The position numbers and the translations under genes are program-made. Of a stretch of DNA of 64,000 bases, positions 39,001-54,000 are shown in pieces (positions within the stretch are counted from its first letter, which is position 1; the number at the start of each line of letters is the position of its first letter). Source of the DNA: Eledone cirrhosa (taxonomy: Eukaryota); the NCBI GenBank assembly GCA_964016885.1, contig OZ024745.1:4216001-4280000 (forward strand), read 5' to 3'. The notes beneath the pieces are model-generated. The model saw only the letters and a program-made list of their open reading frames with translations, made no database searches and was not told the DNA's origin.

Positions 39001-42000
39001 AGAGCGCAGTGAATCAGAATAAAGTGAGAGTGCAGTGAACTGGAATAAAGTGAGAGTGCAGTGAATCAGAATAAAGTGAGAGCGCAGTGAACCAGAATAA
39101 AGTAAGAATGCAGTGAACTGGAATAAAGTGAGAGTGCAGTGAACTGGAATAAAGTGAGAGTGCAGTGAACTGGAATAAAGTGAGAGTGCAGTGAACCAGA
39201 ATAAAGTGAGAGTGCAGTGAACCAGAATAAAGTGAGAGTGCAGTGAACTCGAATAAAGTGAGAGTGCAGTGAACTGGAATAAAGTGAGAGTGCAGTGAAC
39301 TGGAATAAAGTGAGACTGCAGTGAACTGGAATAAAGTGAGAGTGCAGTGAACCAGAATAAAGTGAGAGTGCAGTGAACTGGAATAATGTGAGAGTGCAGT
39401 GAACTGGAATAAAGTGAGAGTGCAGTGAACCAGAATAAAGTAAGAGTGCAGTGAACTGGAATAAAGTGAGAGCGCAGTGAATCAGAATAAAGTGAGAGTG
39501 CAGTGAACCAGAATAAAGTGAGAGTGCAGTGAACTGGAATAAAGTGAGAGTGCAGTGAACTGGAATAAAGTGAGAGTGCAGTGAATCAGAATAAAGTGAG
39601 AGTGCAGTGAACCAGAATAAAGTAAGAGTGCAGTGAACTGGAATTAAGTGAGAGTGCAGTGAACTGGAATAAAGTGAGAGTGCAGTGAACTGGAATAAAG
39701 TGAGAGTGCAGTGAACTGGAATAAAGTGAGAGTGCAGTGAACCAGAATAAAGTGAGAGTGCAGTGAACTGGAATAAAGTGCGAGTGCAGTGAACCAGAAT
39801 AAAGTGAGATTGCAGTGAACTGGAATAAAGTGAGAGTGCAGTGAACTGGAATAAAGTGAGAGTGCAGTGAACCAGAATAAAGTGAGAGTGCAGTGAACTG
39901 GAATAAAGTGAGAGCGCAGTGAATCAGAATAAAGTGAGAGTGCAGTGAACTGGAATAAAGTGAGAGTGCAGTGAATCAGAATAAAGTGAGAGCGCAGTGA
40001 ACCAGAATAAAGTAAGAGTGCAGTGAACTGGAATAAAGTGAGAGTGCAGTGAACTGGAATAAAGTGAGAGTGCAGTGAACTGGAATAAAGTGAGAGTGCA
40101 GTGAACCAGAATAAAGTGAGAGTGCAGTGAACCAGAATAAAGTGAGAGTGCAGTGAACTGGAATAAAGTGAGAGTGCAGTGAACTGGAATAAAGTGAGAG
40201 TGCAGTGAACTGGAATAAAGTGAGAGTGCAGTGAACCAGAATAAAGTGAGAGTGCAGTGAACCAGAATAAAGTGAGAGTGCAGTGAACTGGAATAAAGTG
40301 AGAGTGCAGTGAACTGGAATAAAGTGAGAGTGCAGTGAACTGGAATAAAATGAGAGTGCAGTGAAATGGAATAAAGTGAGAGCGCAGTGAATCAGAATAA
40401 AGTGATAGTGCAGTGAACTGGAATAAAGTGAGAGTGCAGTGAATCAGAATAAAGTGAGAGTGCAGTGAACCAGAATAAAGTAAGAGTGCAGTGAACTAGA
40501 ATAAAGTGAGAGTGCAGTGAACTGGAATAAAGTGAGAGTGCAGTGAACTGGAATAAAGTGAGAGTGCAGTGAACTGGAATAAAGTAAGAGTGCAGTGAAC
40601 TAGAATAAAGTGAGAGTGCAGTGAACCAGAATAAAGTAAGAGTGCAGTGAACTGGAATAAAGTGAGAGTGCAGTGAACTGGAATAAAGTGAGAGTGCAGT
40701 GAACTGGAATAAAGTAAGAGCGCAGTGAACTGGAATAAAGTGAGAGTGCAGTGAACTGGAATAAAGTGAGAGTGCAGTGAACTGGAATAAAGTGAGAGTG
40801 CAGTGAACCAGAATAAAGTGAGAGTGCAGTGAACTGGAATAAAGTGAGAGCGCAGTGAACTGGAATAAAGTGAGAGTGCAGTGAACTGGAATAAAGTAAG
40901 AGCGCAGTGAACTGGAATAAAGTGAGAGTGCAGTGAACCAGAATAAAGTGAGAGTGCAGTAAACTGGAATAAAGTGAGAGTGCAGTGAACCAGAATAAAG
41001 TGAGAGTGCAGTGAACTGGAATAAAGTGAGAGTGCAGTGAACCAGAATAAAGTGAGAGTGCAGTGAACTGGAATAAAGTGAGAGTGCAGTGAACCAGAAT
41101 AAAGTGAGAGTGCAGTGAACTGGAATAAAGTGAGAGTGCAGTAAACCAGAATAAAGTGAGAGTGCAGTGAACTGGAATAAAGTGAGAGCGCAGTGAACCG
41201 GAATAAAGTGAGAGTGCAGTGAACTGTAATAAAGTGAGAGTGCAGTGAACTGGAATAAAGTGAGAGTGCAGTGAACCAGAATAAAGTGAGAGTGCAGTGA
41301 ACTGGAATAAAGTGAGAGTGCAGTGAACTGGAATAAAGTGAGAGTGCAGTGAACCAGAATAAAGTGAGAGTGCAGTGAACTGGAATAAAGTGAGAGTGTA
41401 GTGAATCAGAATAAAGTGAGAGTGCAGTGAACCAGAATAAAGTGAGAGTGCAGTGAACTGGAATAAAGTGAGAGTGCAGTGAACTGGAATAAAGTGAGAG
41501 TGCAGTGAACTGGAATAAAGTGAGAGTGCAGTGAACCAGAATAAAGTGAGAGTGCAGTGAACTGGAATAAAGTCAGAGTGCAGTGAACTGGAATAAAGTG
41601 AGAGTGCAGTGAACCAGAATAAAGTGAGAGTGCAGTGAACTGGAATAAAGTGAGAGTGCAGTGAACCAGAATAAAGTGAGAGTGCAGTGAACTGGAATAA
41701 AGTGAGAGTGCAGTGAATCAGAATAAAGTGAGAGTGCAGTGAACCAGAATAAAGTGAGAGTGCAGTGAACTGGAATAAAGTGAGAGTGCAGTGAACTGGA
41801 ATAAAGCGAGAGTGCAGTGAACTGGAATAAAGTGAGAGTGCAGAGAACCAGAATAAAGTGAGAGTGCAGTGAACTGGAATAAAGTGAGAGTGCAGTGAAC
41901 CAGAATAAAGTGAGAGTGCAGTGAACTGGAATAAAGTGAGAGTGCAGTGAATCAGAATAAAGTGAGAGTGCAGTGAACCAGAATAAAGTAAGAGTGCAGT

Positions 42001-45000
42001 GAACTGGAATAAAGTGAGAGCGCAGTGAATCAGAATAAAGTGAGAGTGCAGTGAACCAGAATAAAGTGAGAGTGCAGTGAACTGGAATAAAGTGAGAGTG
42101 CAGTGAACTGGAATAAAGTGAGAGTGCAGTGAATCAGAATAAACTGAGAGTGCAGTGAACCAGAATAAAGTAAGAGTGCAGTGAACTGGAATTAAGTGAG
42201 AGTGCAGTGAACTGGAATAAAGTGAGAGTGCAGTGAACTGGAATAAAGTGAGAGTGCAGTGAACTGGAATAAAGTGAGAGTGCAGTGAACCAGAATAAAG
42301 TGAGAGTGCAGTGAACTGGAATAAAGTGCGAGTGCAGTGAACCAGAATAAAGTGAGATTGCAGTGAACTGGAATAAAGTGAGAGTGCAGTGAACTGGAAT
42401 AAAGTGAGAGTGCAGTGAACCAGAATAAAGTGAGAGTGCAGTGAACTGGAATAAAGTGAGAGCGCAGTGAATCAGAATAAAGTGAGAGTGCAGTGAACTG
42501 GAATAAAGTGAGAGTGCAGTGAATCAGAATAAAGTGAGAGCGCAGTGAACCAGAATAAAGTAAGAGTGCAGTGAACTGGAATAAAGTGAGAGTGCAGTGA
42601 ACTGGAATAAAGTGAGAGTGCAGTGAACTGGAATAAAGTGGGAGTGCAGTGAACCAGAATAAAGTGAGAGTGCAGTGAACCAGAATAAAGTGAGAGTGCA
42701 GTGAACTGGAATAAAGTGAGAGTGCAGTGAACTGGAATAAAGTGAGAGTGCAGTGAACTGGAATAAAATGAGAGTGCAGTGAAATGGAATAAAGTGAGAG
42801 CGCAGTGAATCAGAATAAAGTGATAGTGCAGTGAACTGGAATAAAGTGAGAGTGCAGTGAATCAGAATAAAGTGAGAGTGCAGTGAACCAGAATAAAGTA
42901 AGAGTGCAGTGAACTAGAATAAAGTGAGAGTGCAGTGAACTGGAATAAAGTGAGAGTGCAGTGAACTGGAATAAAGTGAGAGTGCAGTGAACTGGAATAA
43001 AGTAAGAGTGCAGTGAACTAGAATAAAGTGAGAGTGCAGTGAACCAGAATAAAGTGAGAGTGCAGTGAACTGGAATAAAGTGAGAGTGCAGAGAACCAGA
43101 ATAAAGTGAGAGTGCAGTGAACTGGAATAAAGTGAGAGTGCAGAGAACCAGAATAAAGTGAGAGTGCAGTGAACTGGAATAAAGTGAGAGTGCAGTGAAC
43201 TGGAATAAAGTGAGAGTGCAGTGAATCAGAATAAAGTGAGAGTGCAGTGAACTGGAATAAAGTGAGAGCGCAGTGAATCAGAATAAAGTGAGAGTGCAGC
43301 GAACTGGAATAAAGTGAGAGTGCAGTGAACTGGAATAAAGTGAGAGTGCAGTGAACTGGAATAAAGTGAGAGTGCAGTGAACTGGAATAAAGTGGGAGTG
43401 CAGTGAACCAGAATAAAGTGAGAGTGCAGTGAACCAGAATAAAGTGAGAGTGCAGTGAACTGGAATAAAGTGAGAGTGCAGTGAACTGGAATAAAGTGAG
43501 AGTGCAGTGAACTGGAATAAAATGAGAGTGCAGTGAAATGGAATAAAGTGAGAGCGCAGTGAATCAGAATAAAGTGATAGTGCAGTGAACTGGAATAAAG
43601 TGAGAGTGCAGTGAATCAGAATAAAGTGAGAGTGCAGTGAACCAGAATAAAGTAAGAGTGCAGTGAACTAGAATAAAGTGAGAGTGCAGTGAACTGGAAT
43701 AAAGTGAGAGTGCAGTGAACTGGAATAAAGTGAGAGTGCAGTGAACTGGAATAAAGTAAGAGTGCAGTGAACTAGAATAAAGTGAGAGTGCAGTGAACCA
43801 GAATAAAGTGAGAGTGCAGTGAACTGGAATAAAGTGAGAGTGCAGAGAACCAGAATAAAGTGAGAGTGCAGTGAACTGGAATAAAGTGAGAGTGCAGAGA
43901 ACCAGAATAAAGTGAGAGTGCAGTGAACTGGAATAAAGTGAGAGTGCAGTGAACTGGAATAAAGTGAGAGTGCAGTGAATCAGAATAAAGTGAGAGTGCA
44001 GTGAACTGGAATAAAGTGAGAGCGCAGTGAATCAGAATAAAGTGAGAGTGCAGCGAACTGGAATAAAGTGAGAGTGCAGTGAACTGGAATAAAGTGAGAG
44101 TGCAGTGAACTGGAATAAAGTGAGAGTGCAGTGAACTGGAATAAAGTGAGAGTGCAGTGAACTGGAATAAAGTAAGAGTGCAGTGAACTAGAATAAAGTG
44201 AGAGTGCAGTGAACCAGCATAAAGTGAGAGTGCAGTGAACTGGAATAAAGTGAGAGTGCAGAGAACCAGAATGAAGTGAGAGTGCAGTGAACTGGAATAA
44301 AGTGAGAGTGCAGTGAATCAGAATAAAGTGAGAGTGCAGTGAACCAGAATAAAGTAAGAGTGCAGTGAACTGGAATAAAGTGAGAGTGCAGTGAACTGGA
44401 ATAAAGTGAGAGTGCAGTGAACTGGAATAAAGTGAGAGTGCAGGGAACTGGAATAAAGTGAGAGTGCAGTGAACTGGAATAAAGTGAGGGTGCAGTGAAC
44501 TGGAATAAAGTGAGAGTGCAGTGAACCAGAATAAAGTAAGAGTGCAGTGAACTGGAATAAAGTGAGAGCGCAGTGAATCAGAATAAAGTGAGAGTGCAGT
44601 GAACCAGAATAAAGTGAGAGTGCAGTGAACTGGAATAAAGTGAGAGTACAGTGAACCAGAATAAAGTGAGAGTGCAGTGAACTGGAATAAAGTGAGAGCG
44701 CAGTGAATCAGAATAAAGTGAGAGTGCAGTGAACTGGAATAAAGTGAGAGTGCAGTGAATCAGAATAAAGTGAGAGCGCAGTGAACCAGAATAAAGTAAG
44801 AGTGCAGTGAACTGGAATAAAGTGAGAGTGCAGTGAACTGGAATAAAGTGAGAGTGCAGTGAACTGGAATAAAGTGAGAGTGCAGTGAACCAGAATAAAG
44901 TGAGAGTGCAGTGAACCAGAATAAAATGAGAGTGCAGTGAACTGGAATAAAGTGAGAGTGCAGTGAACTGGAATAAAGTGAGAGTGCAGTGAACTGGAAT

Positions 45001-48000
45001 AAAGTGAGAGTGCAGTGAACTGGAATAAAGTGAGAGTGCAGTGAACCAGAATAAAGTGAGAGTGCAGTGAACTGGAATAATGTGAGAGTGCAGTGAACTG
45101 GAATAAAGTGAGAGTGCAGTGAACCAGAATAAAGTGAGAGTGCAGTGAACTGGAATAAAGTGAGAGCGCAGTGAATCAGAATAAAGTGAGAGTGCAGTGA
45201 ACTGGAATAAAGTGAGAGTGCAGTGAATCAGAATAAAGTGAGAGTGCAGTGAACCAGAATAAAGTAAGGGTGCAGTGAACTGGAATAAAGTGAGAGTGCA
45301 GTGAACTGGAATAAAGTGAAAGTGCAGTGAACTGGAATAAAGTGAGAGTGCAGTGAACTGGAATAAAGTAAGAGTGTAGTGAACTAGAATAAAGTGAGAG
45401 TGCAGTGAACTGGAATAAAGTGAGAGTGCAGTGAACCAGAATAAAGTGAGAGTACAGTGAACTGGAATAAAGTGAGAGTGCAGAGAACCAGAATAAAGTG
45501 AGAGTGCAGTGAACTGGAATAAAGTGAGAGTGCAGTGAACCAGAATAAAGTAAGAGTGCAGTGAACTGGAATAAAGTGAGAGTGCAGTGAACTGGAATAA
45601 AGTGAGAGTGCAGTGCACCAGAATAAAGTGAGAGTGCAGTGAACTGGAATAAAGTGAGAGTGCAGTGAATCAGAATAAAGTGAGAGTGCAGTGAAACAGA
45701 ATAAAGTAAGAGTGCAGTGAACTGTAATAAAGTGAGAGCGCAGTGAATCAGAATAAAGTGAGAGTGCAGTGAACCAGAATAAAGTGAGAGTGCAGTGAAC
45801 TGGAATAAAGTGAGAGTGCAGTGAACTGGAATAAAGTGAGAGTGCAGTGAATCAGAATAAAGTGAGAGTGCAGTGAACCAGAATAAAGTAAGAGTGCAGT
45901 GAACTGGAATAAAGTGAGAGTGCAGTGAACTGGAATAAAGTGAGAGTGCAGTGAACTGGAATAAAGTGAGAGTGCAGTGAACCAGAATAAAGTGAGAGTG
46001 CAGTGAACTGGAATAAAGTGAGAGTGCAGTGAACTGGAATAAAGTGAGAGTGCAGTGAACCAGAATAAAGTGAGAGTGCAGTGAACTGGAATAAAGTTAG
46101 AGTGCAGTGAATCAGAATAAAGTGAGAGTGCAGTGAACCAGAATAAAGTGAGAGTGCAGTGAACTGGAATAAAGTGAGAGTGCAGTGAATCAGTATAAAG
46201 TGAGAGTGCAGTGAACCAGAATAAAGTAAGGGTGCAGTGAACTGGAATAAAGTGAGAGTGCAGTGAACTGGAATAAAGTGAGAGTGCAGTGAACTGGAAT
46301 AAAGTGAGAGTGCAGTGAACTGGAATTAAGTAAGAGTGTAGTGAACTAGAATAAAGTGAGAGTGCAGTGAACTGGAATAAAGTGAGAGTGCAGTGAACCA
46401 GAATAAAGTGAGAGTACAGTGAACTGGAATAAAGTGAGAGTGCAGAGAACCAGAATAAAGTGAGAGTGCAGTGAACTGGAATAAAGTGAGAGTGCAGTGA
46501 ACCAGAATAAAGTAAGAGTGCAGTGAACTGGAATAAAGTGAGAGTGCAGTGAACTGGAATAAAGTGAGAGTGCAGTGCACCAGAATAAAGTGAGAGTGCA
46601 GTGAACTGGAATAAAGTGAGAGTGCAGTGAATCAGAATAAAGTGAGAGTGCAGTGAACCAGAATAAAGTAAGAGTGCAGTGAACTGTAATAAAGTGAGAG
46701 CGCAGTGAATCAGAATAAAGTGAGAGTGCAGTGAACCAGAATAAAGTGAGAGTGCAGTGAACTGGAATAAAGTGAGAGTGCAGTGAACTGGAATAAAGTG
46801 AGAGTGCAGTGAATCAGAATAAAGTGAGAGTGCAGTGAACCAGAATAAAGTAAGAGTGCAGTGAACTGGAATAAAGTGAGAGTGCAGTGAACTGGAATAA
46901 AGTGAGAGTGCAGTGAACTGGAATAAAGTGAGAGTGCAGTGAACCAGAATAAAGTGAGAGTGCAGTGAACTGGAATAAAGTGAGAGTGCAGTGAACTGGA
47001 ATAAAGTGAGAGTGCAGTGAACCAGAATAAAGTGAGAGTGCAGTGAACTGGAATAAAGTTAGAGTGCAGTGAATCAGAATAAAGTGAGAGTGCAGTGAAC
47101 CAGAATAAAGTGAGAGTGCAGTGAACTGGAATAAAGTGAGAGTGCAGTGAACTGGAATAAAGTGAGAGTGCAGTGAACTGGAATAAAGTGAGAGTGCAGT
47201 GAACTGGAATAAAGTGAGAGTGCAGAGAACCAGAATAAAGTGAGAGTGCAGTGAACTGGAATAAACTGAGAGTGCAGTGAACTGGAATAAAGTGAGAGTG
47301 GAGTGAATCAGAATAAAGTGAGAGTGCAGTGAACAGGAATAAAGTGAGAGCGCAGTGAATCAGAATAAAGTGAGAGTGCAGTGAACTGGAATAAAGTGAG
47401 AGTGCAGTGAATCAGAATAAAGTGAGAGTGCAGTGAACCAGAATAAAGTAAGAGTGCAGTGAACTGGAATAAAGTGAGAGTGCAGTGAACTGGAATAAAG
47501 TGAGAGTGCAGTGAACCAGAATAAAGTGAGAGTGCAGTGAACTGGAATAAAGTGAGAGTGCAGTGAATCAGAATAAAGTGAGAGTGCAGTGAACCAGAAT
47601 AAAGTGAGAGTGCAGTGAACTGGAATAAAGTGAGAGTGCAGTGAACTGGAATAAAGTGAGAGTGCAGTGAATCAGAATAAAGTGAGAGTGCAGTGAACCA
47701 GAATAAAGTAAGAGTGCAGTGAACTGGAATAAAGTGAGAGTGCAGTGAACTGGAATAAAGTGAGAGTGCAGTGAACTGGAATAAAGTGAGAGTGCAGTGA
47801 ACTGGAATAAAGTGAGAGTGCAGTGAACCAGAATAAAGTGAGAGTGCAGTGAACTGGAATAAAGTGAGAGTGCAGTGAACCAGAATAAAGTGAGAGTGCA
47901 GTGAACTGGAATAAAGTGAGAGTGCAGTGAACTGGAATAAAGTGAGAGTGCAGTGAACCAGAATAAAGTGAGAGTGCAGTGAACTGGAATAAAGTGAGAG

Positions 48001-51000
48001 CGCAGTGAATCAGAATAAAGTGAGAGTGCAGTGAACTGGAATAAAGTGAGAGTGCAGTGAATCAGAATAAAGTGAGAGCGCAGTGAACCAGAATAAAGTA
48101 AGAATGCAGTGAACTGGAATAAAGTGAGAGTGCAGTGAACTGGAATAAAGTGAGAGTGCAGTGAACTGGAATAAAGTGAGAGTGCAGTGAACCAGAATAA
48201 AGTGAGAGTGCAGTGAACCAGAATAAAGTGAGAGTGCAGTGAACTCGAATAAAGTGAGAGTGCAGTGAACTGGAATAAAGTGAGAGTGCAGTGAACTGGA
48301 ATAAAGTGAGACTGCAGTGAACTGGAATAAAGTGAGAGTGCAGTGAACCAGAATAAAGTGAGAGTGCAGTGAACTGGAATAATGTGAGAGTGCAGTGAAC
48401 TGGAATAAAGTGAGAGTGCAGTGAACCAGAATAAAGTGAGAGTGCAGTGAACTGGAATAAAGTGAGAGCGCAGTGAATCAGAATAAAGTGAGAGTGCAGT
48501 GAACTGGAATAAAGTGAGAGTGCAGTGAATCAGAATAAAGTGAGAGTGCAGTGAAGCAGAATAAAGTAAGAGTGCAGTGAACTGGAATAAAGTGAGAGTG
48601 CAGTGAACTGGAATAAAGTGAGAGTGCAGTGAACTGGAATAAAGTAAGAGTGCAGTGAACTAGAATAAAGTGAGAGTGCAGTGAACTGGAATAAAGTGAG
48701 CGTGCAGTGAACTGGAATAAAGTGAGAGTGCAGTGAACCAGAATAAAGTGAGAGTGCAGTGAACTGGAATAAAGTGAGAGTGCAGAGAACCAGAATAAAG
48801 TGAGAGTGCAGTGAACTGGAATAAAGTGAGAGTGCAGTGAACTGGAATAAAGTGAGAGTGCAGTGAATCAGAATAAAGTGAGAGTGCAGTGAACTGGAAT
48901 AAAGTGAGAGCGCAGTGAATCAGAATAAAGTGAGAGTGCAGTGAACTGGAATAAAGTGAGAGTGCAGTGAATCAGAATAAAGTGAGAGTGCAGTGAACCA
49001 GAATAAAGTAAGAATGCAGTGAACTGGAATAAAGTGAGAGTGCAGTGAACTGGAATAAAGTGAGAGTGCAGTGAACTGGAATAAAGTGAGAGTGCAGGGA
49101 ACTGGAATAAAGTGAGAGTGTAGTGAACTGGAATAAAGTGAGGGTGCAGTGAACTGGAATAAAGTGAGAGTGCAGTGAACCAGAATAAAGTAAGAGTGCA
49201 GTGAACTGGAATAAAGTGAGAGCGCAGTGAATCAGAATAAAGTGAGAGTGCAGTGAACCAGAATAAAGTTAGAGTGCAGTGAACTGGAATAAAGTGAGAG
49301 TGCAGTGAACTGGAATAAAGTGAGAGTGCAGTGAATCAGAATAAAGTGAGAGTGCAGTGAACCAGAATAAAGTAAGAGTGCAGTAAACTGGAATAAAGTG
49401 AGAGTGCAGTGAACTGGAATAAAGTGAGAGTGCAGTGAACTGGAATAAAGTAAGAGCGCAGTGAACTGGAATAAAGTGAGAGTGCAGTGAACTGGAATAA
49501 AGTGAGAGTGCAGTGAACTGGAATAAAGTGAGAGTGCAGTGAACCAGAATAAAGTGAGAGTGCAGTGAACTGGAATAAAGTGAGAGCGCAGTGAACTGGA
49601 ATAAAGTGAGAGTGCAGTGAACTGGAATAAAGTAAGAGCGCAGTGAACTGAAATAAAGTGAGAGTGCAGTGAACCAGAATAAAGTGAGAGTGCAGTAAAC
49701 TGGAATAAAGTGAGAGTGCAGTGAACCAGAATAAAGTGAGAGTGCAGTGAACTGGAATAAAGTGAGAGTGCAGTGAACCAGAATAAAGTGAGAGTGCAGT
49801 GAACTGGAATAAAGTGAGAGTGCAGTGAACCGGAATAAAGTGAGAGTGCAGTGAACTGGAATAAAGTGAGAGTGCAGTAAACCAGAATAAAGTGAGAGTG
49901 CAGTGAACTGGAATAAAGTGAGAGCGCAGTGAACCGGAATAAAGTGAGAGTGCAGTGAACTGTAATAAAGTGAGAGTGCAGTGAACTGGAATAAAGTGAG
50001 AGTGCAGTGAACCAGAATAAAGTGAGAGTGCAGTGAACTGGAATAAAGTGAGAGTGCAGTGAACTGGAATAAAGTGAGAGTGCAGTGAACCAGAATAAAG
50101 TGAGAGTGCAGTGAACTGGAATAAAGTGAGAGTGCAGTGAATCAGAATAAAGTGAGAGTGCAGTGAACCAGAATAAAGTGAGAGTGCAGTGAACTGGAAT
50201 AAAGTGAGAGTGCAGTGAACTGGAATAAAGTGAGAGTGCAGTGAACTGGAATAAAGTGAGAGTGCAGTGAACCAGAATAAAGTCAGAGTGCAGTGAACTG
50301 GAATAAAGTCAGAGTGCAGTGAACTGGAATAAAGTGAGAGTGCAGTGAACCAGAATAAAGTGAGAGTGCAGTGAACCAGAATAAAGTGAGAGTGCAGTGA
50401 ACTGGAATAAAGTGAGAGTGCAGTGAACCAGAATAAAGTGAGAGTGCAGTGAACTGGAATAAAGTGAGAGTGCAGTGAATCAGAATAAAGTGAGAGTGCA
50501 GTGAACCAGAATAAAAAGAGAGTGCAGTGAACTGGAATAAAGTGAGAGTGCAGTGAACTGGAATAAAGTGAGAGTGCAGTGAACTGGAATAAAGTGAGAG
50601 TGCAGAGAACCAGAATAAAGTGAGAGTGCAGTGAACTGGAATAAAGTGAGAGTGCAGTGAACCAGAATAAAGTGAGAGTGCAGTGAACTGGAATAAAGTG
50701 AGAGTGCAGTGAATCAGAATAAAGTGAGAGTGCAGTGAACCAGAATAAAGTAAGAGTGCAGTGAACTGGAATAAAGTGAGAGCGCAGTGAATCAGAATAA
50801 AGTGAGAGTGCAGTGAACCAGAATAAAGTGAGAGTGCAGTGAACTGGAATAAAGTGAGAGTGCAGTGAACTGGAATAAAGTGAGAGTGCAGTGAATCAGA
50901 ATAAAGTGAGAGTGCAGTGAACCAGAATAAAGTAAGAGTGCAGTGAACTGGAATTAAGTGAGAGTGCAGTGAACTGGAATAAAGTGAGAGTGCAGTGAAC

Positions 51001-54000
51001 TGGAATAAAGTGAGAGTGCAGTGAACTGGAATAAAGTGAGAGTGCAGTGAACCAGAATAAAGTGAGAGTGCAGTGAACTGGAATAAAGTGAGAGTGCAGT
51101 GAACCAGAATAAAGTGAGATTGCAGTGAACTGGAATAAAGTGAGAGTGCAGTGAACTGGAATAAAGTGAGAGTGCAGTGAACCAGAATAAAGTGAGAGTG
51201 CAGTGAACTGGAATAAAGTGAGAGCGCAGTGAATCAGAATAAAGTGAGAGTACAGTGAACTGGAATAAAGTGAGAGTGCAGTGAATCAGAATAAAGTGAG
51301 AGCGCAGTGAACCAGAATAAAGTAAGAGTGCAGTGAACTGGAATAAAGTGAGAGTGCAGTGAACTGGAATAAAGTGAGAGTGCAGTGAACTGGAATAAAG
51401 TGAGAGTGCAGTGAACCAGAATAAAGTGAGAGTGCAGTGAACCAGAATAAAGTGAGAGTGCAGTGAACTGGAATAAAGTGAGAGTGCAGTGAACTGGAAT
51501 AAAGTGAGAGTGCAGTGAACTGGAATAAAGTGAGAGTGCAGTGAACTGGAATAAAGTGAGAGTGCAGTGAACTGGAATAAAGTGAGAGTGCAGTGAACCA
51601 GAATAAAGTGAGAGTGCAGTGAACTGGAATAATGTGAGAGTGCAGTGAACTGGAATAAAGTGAGAGTGCAGTGAACCAGAATAAAGTGAGAGTGCAGTGA
51701 AATGGAATAAAGTGAGAGCGCAGTGAATCAGAATAAAGTGATAGTGCAGTGAACTGGAATAAAGTGAGAGTGCAGTGAATCAGAATAAAGTGAGAGTGCA
51801 GTGAACCAGAATAAAGTAAGAGTGCAGTGAACTAGAATAAAGTGAGAGTGCAGTGAACTGGAATAAAGTGAGAGTGCAGTGAACTGGAATAAAGTGAGAG
51901 TGCAGTGAACTGGAATAAAGTAAGAGTGCAGTGAACTAGAATAAAGTGAGAGTGCAGTGAACCAGAATAAAGTGAGAGTGCAGTGAACTGGAATAAAGTG
52001 AGAGTGCAGAGAACCAGAATAAAGTGAGAGTGCAGTGAACTGGAATAAAGTGAGAGTGCAGAGAACCAGAATAAAGTGAGAGTGCAGTGAACTGGAATAA
52101 AGTGAGAGTGCAGTGAACTGGAATAAAGTGAGAGTGCAGTGAATCAGAATAAAGTGAGAGTGCAGTGAACTGGAATAAAGTGAGAGCGCAGTGAATCAGA
52201 ATAAAGTGAGAGTGCAGCGAACTGGAATAAAGTGAGAGTGCAGTGAACTGGAATAAAGTGAGAGTGCAGTGAACTGGAATAAAGTGAGAGTGCAGTGAAC
52301 TGGAATAAAGTGAGAGTGCAGTGAACTGGAATAAAGTAAGAGTGCAGTGAACTAGAATAAAGTGAGAGTGCAGTGAACCAGCATAAAGTGAGAGTGCAGT
52401 GAACTGGAATAAAGTGAGAGTGCAGAGAACCAGAATAAAGTGAGAGTGCAGTGAACTGGAATAAAGTGAGAGTGCAGTGAATCAGAATAAAGTGAGAGTG
52501 CAGTGAACCAGAATAAAGTAAGAGTGCAGTGAACTGGAATAAAGTGAGAGTGCAGTGAACTGGAATAAAGTGAGAGTGCAGTGAACTGGAATAAAGTGAG
52601 AGTGCAGGGAACTGGAATAAAGTGAGAGTGCAGTGAACTGGAATAAAGTGAGGGTGCAGTGAACTGGAATCAAGTGAGAGTGCAGTGAACCAGAATAAAG
52701 TAAGAGTGCAGTGAACTGGAATAAAGTGAGAGCGCAGTGAATCAGAATAAAGTGAGAGTGCAGTGAACCAGAATAAAGTGAGAGTGCAGTGAACTGGAAT
52801 AAAGTAAGAGTGCAGTGAACTAGAATAAAGTGAGAGTGCAGTGAACTGGAATAAAGTGAGCGTGCAGTGAACTGGAATAAAGTGAGAGTGCAGTGAACCA
52901 GAATAAAGTGAGAGTGCAGTGAACTGGAATAAAGTGAGAGTGCAGAGAACCAGAATAAAGTGAGAGTGCAGTGAACTGGAATAAAGTGAGAGTGCAGTGA
53001 ACTGGAATAAAGTGAGAGTGCAGTGAATCAGAATAAAGTGAGAGTGCAGTGAACTGGAATAAAGTGAGAGCGCAGTGAATCAGAATAAAGTGAGAGTGCA
53101 GTGAACTGGAATAAAGTGAGAGTGCAGTGAATCAGAATAAAGTGAGAGTGCAGTGAACCAGAATAAAGTAAGAGTGCAGTGAACTGGAATAAAGTGAGAG
53201 TGCAGTGAACTGGAATAAAGTGAGAGTGCAGTGAACTGGAATAAAGTGAGAGTGCAGGGAACTGGAATAAAGTGAGAGTGCAGTGAACTGGAATAAAGTG
53301 AGGGTGCAGTGAACTGGAATAAAGTGAGAGTGCAGTGAACCAGAATAAAGTAAGAGTGCAGTGAACTGGAATAAAGTGAGAGCGCAGTGAATCAGAATAA
53401 AGTGAGAGTGCAGTGAACCAGAATAAAGTTAGAGTGCAGTGAACTGGAATAAAGTGAGAGTGCAGTGAACTGGAATAAAGTGAGAGTGCAGTGAATCAGA
53501 ATAAAGTGAGAGTGCAGTGAACCAGAATAAAGTAAGAGTGCAGTGAACTGGAATAAAGTGAGAGTGCAGTGAACTGGAATAAAGTGAGAGTGCAGTGAAC
53601 TGGAATAAAGTAAGAGCGCAGTGAACTGGAATAAAGTGAGAGTGCAGTGAACTGGAATAAAGTGAGAGTGCAGTGAACTGGAATAAAGTGAGAGTGCAGT
53701 GAACCAGAATAAAGTGAGAGTGCAGTGAACTGGAATAAAGTGAGAGCGCAGTGAACTGGAATAAAGTGAGAGTGCAGTGAACTGGAATAAAGTAAGAGCG
53801 CAGTGAACTGGAATAAAGTGAGAGTGCAGTGAACCAGAATAAAGTGAGAGTGCAGTAAACTGGAATAAAGTGAGAGTGCAGTGAACCAGAATAAAGTGAG
53901 AGTGCAGTGAACTGGAATAAAGTGAGAGTGCAGTGAACCAGAATAAAGTGAGAGTGCAGTGAACTGGAATAAAGTGAGAGTGCAGTGAACCAGAATAAAG

